Source: Chloroflexota bacterium | Lineage (GTDB): Bacteria; Chloroflexota; Dehalococcoidia; SM23-28-2; RBG-16-64-32 | DNA: 42,596 bases | Direction of reading: 5' to 3' | Assembly: GCA_005880075.1 (NCBI GenBank) | Contig: VBJT01000001.1 | Location: 4,379-46,974, forward strand | In this document: in pieces, positions 32,342 to 39,575 of the stretch | Position numbering within the stretch: the stretch's first letter is position 1 | Layout of the letters: each line of letters starts with the position of its first letter | Notes under the pieces: generated by a model | What the model saw: the letters and a program-made list of their open reading frames with translations, nothing else | The model's database searches: none | Told to the model about the DNA's origin: nothing | Translations under genes and position numbers: made by a program

Positions 32342-33910
32342 CTAGTCCCGCCGCCGGTCGATCAGCTCGCGGACCGTTCCGTCTTTAACCTCGTACACCC
32401 GCGTCGCGATTCGGTCGAGGATCGCCTGATCGTGCGCCGCGCACAGAATCGTCTCCGGGTACCTCTCAAGGACCTCGAGGAGCTTCCGTCGCGTCGAGCG
32501 GTCGAGGTGGTTCGTGGGCTCGTCAAGTACGAGCACGTTTGTAGGTTTCAGTACCAGTTTCGCGAGGGCTACGCGACTGCGCTCTCCGCCGGAGAGCACC
32601 TCTATTCGCTTGAAGGCGTCGTCGCCGCGGAACAAGAACTGCCCGAGTACCGTTCGCAGCCTCACTTCCGCCTCGTTCGTTGCTACCGATTGCACCTCCT
32701 CGAGCACCGTTCGGCCGCGCTCCAGGGCCTCGTCCTGGTGCTGGTCGTAGTAACCAATGCGAGCCTTGGGGGCCCAGCGCACCCTTCCCTCCAGCGGCGG
32801 GAGAAGCCCGGCCGCAATCCTCAGGAGAGTCGTCTTGCCGCTGCCGTTCGGGCCGACGAGCACCGCCTTCTGGCCGCGCACTAGGTGCAGAGACGCATTC
32901 ATGAGCACCACGTTGTCTCCATATGCATGGGTGATGCGCTCCATCCGCAACACATCGTGCTCTGTGCGGCCGTCCGCCGATAGGGATATGTGGACCTCTG
33001 ACTCGGGCCTTGTGTGCTCGATTCGTTCGATCTTCGCCAGCGCCTTCTCGCGGCTCTTGACAACGGTGGCCTTGCTGTTCTTCGCGCGAAAGCGCTCAAT
33101 GAACCGCTGCTGGCGCGTCATCTCGCGCTCCTGGCGAGCTGCCGCGCGGTCCTGCTGCTGCAGCCGCGCGGCCTTTTGTCGCTGATACTCGCTGTAGTTG
33201 CCGCCGTAGCTCTCGATAGACTGTTCCCGAAGTTCCAGGATTCGCGTGGCCACGCGGTCAAGAAATTCGCCATCGTGCGTGACTACAAGAACTGTGCCGC
33301 GGTAGTTGCTCAGCTCTTCGGCGAGCCAGTCACGTGACCGTGCGTCCAAATGGTTTGTTGGCTCGTCGAGCAGAAGGCAGTCGGGGCGTGTTACCAACAC
33401 CTTCGCCAATGCGATCCGCATCTGCCAGCCCCCACTGAATTCGCCACAGAGCTTTGTCCCTTCTCCGGCAGCGAAGCCGAGTCCATTGAGGACGCGGCCG
33501 ATGCGCTGCTCGATCCGATAGCCCTCCAGCGCCTCGAACCGATCAAAGAGACCGCCCTGCTCGGCGATCAGACTGCCGATGTCTCCTTCACCCCGCTCGA
33601 TTTCCTCAGCAATCTCGTGCAGTCGCGCCTCGGTCTGCCGCGCCTCCGGAAAGGCCCTCCATAGCTCATCGACGAGCGTGCGGTGGGAATCAAGCCCCGC
33701 CTCTTGCCGAAGATAACCAAGCGAGCCGCGGTGTTCCGCCCGACCGGCGTCTGCGTCTTCCTCGCCTGCCAGCAGGCGCAACAGCGTGGTCTTCCCGGCG
33801 CCGTTTGGCCCGACCAGACCCACCAGCTCGCCCGTTCCAACGACAAACGAGACGTCCTCGAGCACATCGAGGCCGCCGAAGGACTTGCACACGCCTTCTG
33901 CAAAGAACAT
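32342..33910 (-). CDS. ABC-F family ATPase (two tandem ABC domains, no membrane domain)
   Basis: Two Walker A motifs (GPNGAGKTT, GPNGSGKTT). Two signature motifs (FSGGWQMR, LSGGERSR). Basic interdomain linker QQRFIERFRAKNSKATVVKSREKALAKIE. Confidence 0.9.
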   Translation of the reverse strand: MFFAEGVCKSFGGLDVLEDVSFVVGTGELVGLVGPNGAGKTTLLRLLAGEEDADAGRAEHRGSLGYLRQEAGLDSHRTLVDELWRAFPEARQTEARLHEIAEEIERGEGDIGSLIAEQGGLFDRFEALEGYRIEQRIGRVLNGLGFAAGEGTKLCGEFSGGWQMRIALAKVLVTRPDCLLLDEPTNHLDARSRDWLAEELSNYRGTVLVVTHDGEFLDRVATRILELREQSIESYGGNYSEYQRQKAARLQQQDRAAARQEREMTRQQRFIERFRAKNSKATVVKSREKALAKIERIEHTRPESEVHISLSADGRTEHDVLRMERITHAYGDNVVLMNASLHLVRGQKAVLVGPNGSGKTTLLRIAAGLLPPLEGRVRWAPKARIGYYDQHQDEALERGRTVLEEVQSVATNEAEVRLRTVLGQFLFRGDDAFKRIEVLSGGERSRVALAKLVLKPTNVLVLDEPTNHLDRSTRRKLLEVLERYPETILCAAHDQAILDRIATRVYEVKDGTVRELIDRRRD

Positions 33911-33912
33911 CC

Positions 33913-34791
33913 CTACAGGGCCGCGAGGACCTCCTCCTTCACGTCCTCGTCCTCCTCGATCCGCTTGCCTGTAAGCTCCATGAATACGGTCTCCATCGTT
34001 ATCTCCTCGACCGGCCGGCCACGCGCGACCCGCTCTCGCAACTCGAACGGGGTTCCCTCTGCCACGATCCGCCCGCCCGCGATGAAGGCGATGCGGTCAC
34101 AGAGAAGCTCCGCCTCTTCCATGTCGTGGGTTGTCAGCAGGATCGTGCTGTCGTGCTCGGCGCGCACTTGCCGCACGAACGCCTGCACGTCCCGCTTGCT
34201 GCGCGGGTCGAGCCCGGTCGTCGGCTCGTCGAGCAGCATCAGAACCGGTGATGTCAGGAACGAACGCGCCACGGCCATCTTTTGCTGCTGCCCGCGCGAA
34301 AGGTGGCTCATCGGCTCCTGCGCCCGCTCCCACTCGAATCCCAGCCGCGCGAGAATACCCGGTAGCCGCCGCTTGATCTCGGCCGGCGAGAGGCCGTAGA
34401 CCCGCCCGAAGAAGAGCAGGTTTTCAACCGCCGACATATTGCGGAAGAACGAAGGGTCAGCGGACACGCGATTGATGAGCGAGCGCACCTCGCTCGACTC
34501 GCGGACGACGTCGTGGCCGAAGATGCGCGCTTCTCCGCTGTCCGGCAGGAGCAGCGTGCTCAGTATGCGGACGAGCGTGCTCTTGCCCGAGCCGTTCGCG
34601 CCGAGCACCCCGTAGATCTCGCCCCGCTGCGCACCAAAGGATATATCCCGCAGGACGTGCGCTGGGCGCTTCCTCGCTCCGGTCGCCCTGAGCCTATCGA
34701 AGGGTTTCCCGATCGGCAGCAGACGGCGGTAGTCGAAGCCGCCGCCGAAATATTTGTTTACATGTCTCGTCTCGATTGCAGGCGTAGTCAT
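33913..34791 (-). CDS. ABC-2 exporter ATP-binding protein (DrrA/CcmA-like)
   Basis: GANGSGKST Walker A, LSRGQQQK signature, [10 protein letters not shown] Walker B. GGAG SD 6 nt upstream. Its stop lies 2 nt before the ABC-F start codon. Confidence 0.9.
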   Translation of the reverse strand: MTTPAIETRHVNKYFGGGFDYRRLLPIGKPFDRLRATGARKRPAHVLRDISFGAQRGEIYGVLGANGSGKSTLVRILSTLLLPDSGEARIFGHDVVRESSEVRSLINRVSADPSFFRNMSAVENLLFFGRVYGLSPAEIKRRLPGILARLGFEWERAQEPMSHLSRGQQQKMAVARSFLTSPVLMLLDEPTTGLDPRSKRDVQAFVRQVRAEHDSTILLTTHDMEEAELLCDRIAFIAGGRIVAEGTPFELRERVARGRPVEEITMETVFMELTGKRIEEDEDVKEEVLAAL

Positions 34792-34823
34792 CCCTGTCTC
34801 CGTTCAACTACTCACGTACTAGT

Positions 34824-34994
34824 TCACGAGCTCCGGCCCGGCTGTCGCTCACCCCGCCGGGCTACACCGCTCTCCGTCCGCATCTTCCACGCCTTCGTAA
34901 GGGGCGACCTCGACGATGTTAGTGGTCCAGGACCGGCCGGACTGCTGAAGCTCCGTTTCTGCGTTCTCTTCCTCTTCTTTTTCTGGCGCGACAT
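34824..34994 (-). CDS. Candidate 56-codon ORF encoding a very basic peptide, between the leader terminator and the ABC ATPase gene
   Basis: My translation is MSRQKKKRKRTQKRSFSSPAGPGPLTSSRSPLTKAWKMRTESGVARRGERQPGRSS. AAGGAG lies exactly 7 nt upstream of the ATG. The composition is not clearly protein-like. Confidence 0.3.
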   Translation of the reverse strand: MSRQKKKRKRTQKRSFSSPAGPGPLTSSRSPLTKAWKMRTESGVARRGERQPGRSS

Positions 34995-35020
34995 CTGTTT
35001 TCTCCTTGGCTTGTTGGCAA

Positions 35021-35054
35021 CAAAAAACCCACCAGGGCCAGCCCTAGGCGGGTG
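35021..35054 (-). terminator. Intrinsic terminator at the end of the leader upstream of the ABC/ABC-F operon
   Basis: Minus strand reads CCCGCC-T-AGGG-CTGG-CCCT-GGTGGG (10 paired positions including one G-U), followed by TTTTTTG. Confidence 0.7.
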
Positions 35055-35228
35055 AGAACGGAGCGTCGCGGCCGTCAGTTTAACTCAGGTAGGTCCTCCT
35101 GAAACGGGCGCACTCGTCCCACCCACGCGCGGTCCACCGTCCGGCGCAATGGGCACCTGACGGCTGACCGGGGCAACAAACGTGTTTATCAACTGACGAA
35201 TGTCCCTTTCACCAACTCCAAAATATCT
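35055..35228 (-). ncRNA. Unclassified structured leader RNA of about 175 nt (attenuator or riboswitch candidate)
   Basis: It lies between the promoter at 35235-35263 and the terminator at 35021-35054. It contains an 8-bp long-range helix, CGTCAGTT (35191-35198) with AACTGACG (35073-35080). An alternative pairing of GGGTGGGACG with CGTTCTCACCC overlaps the terminator's 5' arm. Confidence 0.4.
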
Positions 35229-35234
35229 TGCCGG

Positions 35235-35263
35235 ATAGTAGCACCAGCGCCGGAAGGTGTCAA
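35235..35263 (-). promoter_or_regulatory. Sigma-70-like promoter driving the leader and the ABC/ABC-F operon
   Basis: Minus strand reads TTGACA (35258-35263), a 17-nt spacer, then TACTAT (35235-35240). Confidence 0.5.
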
Positions 35264-35323
35264 GCATCTCTCACCGGCGGGAGAAACTTGTCCGTCCTCC
35301 GCCGCGACCACCATACTGGATTC

Positions 35324-37156
35324 ATGCCCACACGAGACGACCTCCGCAATGTTGCTATTGTCGCGCACGTTGACCACGGCAAGACCACCCTCGTCGATGC
35401 CATGCTCTGGCAGTCGGGCGCCTTCCGTGCGAACCAGGATGTCGCGGAGCGCGTGATGGACTCGATGGACCTGGAGCGCGAGAAGGGGATCACCATCCTC
35501 GCCAAGAACACAGCGGTCCGCCACTCCGGCGTGAAGATCAATATCATCGACACCCCAGGACATGCCGATTTCGGCGGGGAAGTCGAGCGCGGACTGACCA
35601 TGGTTGACGGCGTGCTTCTGCTCGTCGACGCGAGCGAGGGACCGCTGCCGCAGACTCGTTTCGTCCTACGCAAGGCGCTCGAGGCGCACCTTCCAGTCAT
35701 CCTCGTGATCAACAAGGTCGACCGCCCCGACGCCCGCATCAAAGAGGTCGTCGACGAGGTCTACGAGCTGTTCCTCGACCTCGACGCGGACGAGCACCAG
35801 ATCGAGTTCCCTATCCTATACGCCAACGCCCGCGCCGGTTGGGCATCGCCGGCGCCCAACGATCACGGCATTGACCTAGAGCCGCTCTTTGATGCGCTGT
35901 TTCGGCACATTCCGCCACCCGCATACGACAGCGACCATCCGCTTCAGGCGCTCGTCACCAATCTCGACGCCTCGCCCTACATAGGTCGCCTCGCCCTCTG
36001 CCGGGTGCACCACGGGACTATCCGCCGGGGCCAGACGGTCGCCTGGTGCCGCGTCGACGGGGAGATCGAGCAGGTAAAGATCACCGAGCTCTTTGTCACC
36101 GAGGCCCTCGAACGGGTACCGGCCAACGAAGCCGGTCCCGGCGAGATTATCGCTATCGCCGGCTTGCCGGGGGTGACGATCGGCGAGACGCTCGCGGACG
36201 TCGACGATCCGCGCCCGCTGCCCGTTCCACACATCGATGAGCCAAGTCTCTCAATGACCATCGGGATTAACACTTCGCCAATGGCAGGAAACGATGGATC
36301 CAAGCTGACCGCGCGTCTGGTCAAGAACCGTCTGGACGCGGAAGTGGTGGGCAACGTCTCTGTCAGGGTGCGTCCGACAGACCGGCCGGACACCTGGGAA
36401 GTGCAAGGAAGGGGCGAGCTTCAGCTGGCGATCCTGGTTGAGACGATGCGCCGCGAGGGGTTCGAGCTGACCGTCGGCAAGCCACAGGTAGTCACGAAGT
36501 TAGTGGACGGAAAACTCTGCGAGCCGGTCGAACGGCTGTCGATCGACATCCCTGAGGACTACCTCGGCGTCGTCACTCAGCTTTTGGCGCTGCGCAAGGG
36601 CCGTCTCGAGCACATGGTCAACCACGGGACCGGCTGGGTGCGCCAGGAATACCTTGGCCCAGCGCGCGCCCTTATCGGCTTTCATACGGAGTTCCTGACT
36701 GAAACTCGCGGCACCGGCATTCTGCACCACGTCTTCGAGCTCTACGAACCCTGGCACGGCGACCTCCGCACACGTCCCACCGGCAGCCTTGTCGCAGACC
36801 GCCGCGGCCAGAGCTCCTCCTATGCGCTGATCAACCTGCAGGAGCGGGGGACGCTGTTCATCGGCCCCGGCATCGAGGTCTACGAGGGGATGATCGTCGG
36901 CGAGAACGCCCGACTTGAAGACATCGACGTAAATCCCGCGAAAGAGAAGAAGGCGACCAACATTCGCTCCTCCACCGCCGAGCAGACGGAGGGGCTCATC
37001 CCGCACCGGCAGCTATCGCTGGAGCAGGCCCTCGAGTTCCTGCGTGAAGACGAGTGCCTGGAGGTGACGCCCAACCACATCCGCCTGCGCAAGACGATGT
37101 TGAGCACGCTGGACCGCGGGCGTCGCAAGAAGAACGCGGCTGCCGTCGCTCCCTAG
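35324..37156 (+). CDS. typA: Translational GTPase TypA/BipA
   Basis: [29 protein letters not shown]-terminus, [19 protein letters not shown], and the EF-G-like domain order. The start is set at the ATG at 35324; the track ORF's 32 extra codons are not TypA-like. Confidence 0.95.
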   Translation: MPTRDDLRNVAIVAHVDHGKTTLVDAMLWQSGAFRANQDVAERVMDSMDLEREKGITILAKNTAVRHSGVKINIIDTPGHADFGGEVERGLTMVDGVLLLVDASEGPLPQTRFVLRKALEAHLPVILVINKVDRPDARIKEVVDEVYELFLDLDADEHQIEFPILYANARAGWASPAPNDHGIDLEPLFDALFRHIPPPAYDSDHPLQALVTNLDASPYIGRLALCRVHHGTIRRGQTVAWCRVDGEIEQVKITELFVTEALERVPANEAGPGEIIAIAGLPGVTIGETLADVDDPRPLPVPHIDEPSLSMTIGINTSPMAGNDGSKLTARLVKNRLDAEVVGNVSVRVRPTDRPDTWEVQGRGELQLAILVETMRREGFELTVGKPQVVTKLVDGKLCEPVERLSIDIPEDYLGVVTQLLALRKGRLEHMVNHGTGWVRQEYLGPARALIGFHTEFLTETRGTGILHHVFELYEPWHGDLRTRPTGSLVADRRGQSSSYALINLQERGTLFIGPGIEVYEGMIVGENARLEDIDVNPAKEKKATNIRSSTAEQTEGLIPHRQLSLEQALEFLREDECLEVTPNHIRLRKTMLSTLDRGRRKKNAAAVAP

Positions 37157-37170
37157 CGGAGTGCGGCGCC

Positions 37171-37555
37171 TTACCAGATCACCTCGACGTCGTAGCTGGC
37201 GATATTTGATCGTTAGTCAGTATAGGCAAGTCTTCGAGCTGGGCTTGCGCAATCAATAGGCGGTCGAATGGGTCTCTGTGGATGCCGGGCAGGTAACCGG
37301 AGCGCAGAGCATGATTAGGTCAATCGGAAGCCGTTCGAATCCTTGTCGCTCTATACGCGTGAGCACGTATTCCGCGGCGGTAGTCGGCAAATCCAGATGG
37401 CCTCGCGCATTCTTAACCGAGATCTCCCAGGCCGCTACAGCGCTATGGAGAACCTCGTTCGCCGCGTCTCCAATTAGATTACGAACCCGGGGCGGTATTC
37501 GCTCCGGCTCGCTGTTCAACCAGATGAACGTGTGCGTGTCAAGCAGCGCCCTCAA
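37171..37555 (-). pseudogene. PIN-domain VapC-type toxin carrying two single-base frameshifts
   Basis: Frame 1 gives MRALLDTHTFIWL...ERLPID. A second frame gives PNHALRSGYLPGIHRDPFDRLLIAQAQLEDLPILTNDQ. A third frame gives NIASYDVEVIW followed by a stop at 37171. The shifts map to short homopolymers near 37318-37319 and 37205-37207. Confidence 0.75.
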
Positions 37556-37786
37556 AAGTATTCTTCAAGCTCCGGAACTGGATCGAAGAACTCCGGGTGT
37601 AAGACCACCAGCCCGCGGTCTTGTCCAAGAATTCGGCGAGCTGGTCGGTCCTCAAGCGGGCCGAGCCCGGCTATGGGCTTACCCCCTCGTCGCGATCAAG
37701 ATCTTCTCGCCGGCGGCTGCCCGACTCAGTAATCGCGAAAGTTGAGTCTTCGCGTCGTGAATACTAATAGTTGGCGTCGAGGCCAT
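37552..37786 (-). pseudogene. Phd/YefM-type antitoxin (copy 2) with a frameshift in a G5 run
   Basis: MASTPTISIHDAKTQLSRLLSRAAAGEKILIATRG, then a stop. The next frame continues KPIAGLGPLEDRPARRILGQDRGLVVLHPEFFDPVPELEEYF, and that stop overlaps the VapC TTG start. The run is at 37682-37686. Confidence 0.7.
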
Positions 37787-37796
37787 AGAAATACGT

Positions 37797-38018
37797 TTAC
37801 TCTTCGAACTTAGGGAGGGGATCGTCAAAGCCATCGTGAATGACGATCTTGCCACGATCACGACCGGGCACGCGAGGAGACGGTGTTTCCCTGATAGGCC
37901 GGAGCTTCGCCATGGGTTTACCCGCCCTTGCAATGATGATCTCCTCGCCTGCCTCTACACGCGAAAGCAGCTTTGAAAAGTGCGTCTTCGCTTCGTGGAC
38001 ATTCACTGTCGCAGCCAT
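37797..38018 (-). CDS. Phd/YefM-type antitoxin (copy 1, intact)
   Basis: MAATVNVHEAKTHFSKLLSRVEAGEEIIIARAGKPMAKL is a classic Phd/YefM N-terminus. It is a paralog of copy 2. Confidence 0.8.
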   Translation of the reverse strand: MAATVNVHEAKTHFSKLLSRVEAGEEIIIARAGKPMAKLRPIRETPSPRVPGRDRGKIVIHDGFDDPLPKFEE

Positions 38019-38030
38019 GCCAGTACCGTA

Positions 38031-38053
38031 GACTTAGTCCCTGGGACTAAGTC
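38031..38053. promoter_or_regulatory. Perfect 10-bp inverted repeat (candidate toxin-antitoxin operator) overlapping a TTGACT -35-like element
   Basis: GACTTAGTCC-ctg-GGACTAAGTC, lying 13-35 nt upstream of the antitoxin ATG. Confidence 0.45.
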
Positions 38054-38056
38054 AAT

Positions 38057-39418
38057 TTATACGACCGTCTCGTCGTACTCGATCTCGCCCGCCGCTATTA
38101 AGTCTCGGTACCAGAATCCGCTGTCTTTGACGAACCGCTTCTCCTCGTTCTCGAAGTCGACGTACACGATGCCAAAGCGCTGGCTGTAACCCATCGCCCA
38201 TTCGAAGTTGTCGAGCAGCGTCCAGGCGTAGTAGCCGCGCACATCCGCGCCTTCGTCGATCGCCCGGCCCACCTGGCCGATGTAACCCTTGTAGTACTCG
38301 ATGCGCTTCTGATCGGGTACGCGGCCTTGCGGATCCGGCCCGGTCGAGTATGAGCAGCCGTTTTCAGTGACGTAAGTGGGCAGGCCGTAGTCGCGGTGGA
38401 TACGCATGATCATCTGGTAGAGAGCGGCCGGCCAGACCTCCCAGCCGAACTCAGTCTTCGGCCCGGGCGGCGGTACCTGCCGGATTCCGAGGTACTTGTC
38501 GTCGGGGTTGTGCGCCGCGATCGTGCGCGTGTAGAGGTTAATCCCGATGAAATCGTGCGGCGCCTTCATCGCCTCGTCGTCGCCCGGGCGCATGTCCATC
38601 TCCGCCAGCGCACGCTCCTGGTCGACGTAGGCCCTGGGGTAGACCCCTTGCATAAGGGGACGCAGAAACCAGTCGTTCGAGAACGCGTGCTGGCGCTCGG
38701 CGGCCGCCCCGTCTTCCTCCGTCTCGGTGTACGGATAGGCGGCCGTCATGCTGAACGCGGTGCCGATCGCTTCCGCCGTCCCGACAGCGCGCATCGCCCG
38801 CGTCGCCGAGGCCTGCGCGAGGTTGGCGATGTGCATCGCGCGCATGCCCGTTGGCCGGTCTCGGAGGCCCGGGGCGTGAATCCCGGCGATGTAGCCGAGG
38901 AAGGTGAACACCCACGGTTCGTTGAACACCATCCAGTGCTTGACCCGGTCGCCGAGAGACTTGATGCACGTCTCGGCGTAGTTCGTGAAGTGGCCGCTGA
39001 TGTCGCGGTTCGCCCAGCCGCCTTCGTCCTGGAGCGCTTGCGGCAGATCCCAGTGGTACAGCGTGGGGAAGGGCTGTATGCCATTCGCCAGGAGCTCGTC
39101 GACCAGACGGTTGTAGTAATCGAGGCCTGCCTCGTTCAGCTTTCCCTTTCCTTCCGGAAAAATGCGCGGCCATGAGATGCTGAAGCGGTATCCGCGTAGC
39201 CCGAGCTCCTTCATCAGCGCCACGTCGTCCTTGTACCGGTGGTACTGATCGCAGGCGACGTCTCCCGTATCTCCATTCACGATCCTTCCCGGCTCGTGAG
39301 AGAAGCGGTCCCAGATAGACTCGCCTTTCCCGTCCTCGTTCCACGCCCCTTCCACCTGATACGACGTGGTCGCCGTCCCCCACGAAAAGTCGGGCGGAAA
39401 TTTGACTCGCTTGGTCAT
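38057..39418 (-). CDS. Glycoside hydrolase family 1 beta-glucosidase
   Basis: TTSYQVEGA, the acid/base motif in MVFNEPW, the nucleophile motif YVTENG, and [17 protein letters not shown] 5 nt upstream. Confidence 0.95.
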   Translation of the reverse strand: MTKRVKFPPDFSWGTATTSYQVEGAWNEDGKGESIWDRFSHEPGRIVNGDTGDVACDQYHRYKDDVALMKELGLRGYRFSISWPRIFPEGKGKLNEAGLDYYNRLVDELLANGIQPFPTLYHWDLPQALQDEGGWANRDISGHFTNYAETCIKSLGDRVKHWMVFNEPWVFTFLGYIAGIHAPGLRDRPTGMRAMHIANLAQASATRAMRAVGTAEAIGTAFSMTAAYPYTETEEDGAAAERQHAFSNDWFLRPLMQGVYPRAYVDQERALAEMDMRPGDDEAMKAPHDFIGINLYTRTIAAHNPDDKYLGIRQVPPPGPKTEFGWEVWPAALYQMIMRIHRDYGLPTYVTENGCSYSTGPDPQGRVPDQKRIEYYKGYIGQVGRAIDEGADVRGYYAWTLLDNFEWAMGYSQRFGIVYVDFENEEKRFVKDSGFWYRDLIAAGEIEYDETVV

Positions 39419-39575
39419 GAATGCCTCCTAAGCTTCCGCCCATTCTACCCCCCGAAAACCGGCCGTCGGGCAGTTGCGGCGGGTGCCGGACGAGCGGCTC
39501 ATCAAAAACGTTGAGACGCATCTAGTTAGATTCGTCCAGTAGCGAGTAGAATTAACTTCACCGAGGTTCGCGAAG

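Noticed and set aside
35055-35228. Assigning the ABC-operon leader to the TPP, cobalamin, SRP or 6S RNA classes
   Set aside because: ACCTGAGTTAAACTGACGG vaguely recalls the TPP ACCUGA box, but the CUGAGA box is missing. There is no B12 box, no SRP GGAA/AGCA domain IV motif, and the element ends in a terminator just upstream of an operon. It is kept as unclassified.
37326-37345. GTTCGAATCC, identical to the tRNA T-loop consensus
   Set aside because: The flanking bases do not form a T-stem (AGCCG versus CCTTG). No acceptor or anticodon arms can be drawn, and the sequence lies inside the VapC coding remnant.
38396-39521. ORFs 38396-39175 (+) and 38538-39521 (-) overlapping the GH1 gene
   Set aside because: These are off-frame or antisense shadows of the beta-glucosidase gene. 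Only the 38057-39418 frame carries the NEP and TENG catalytic motifs.
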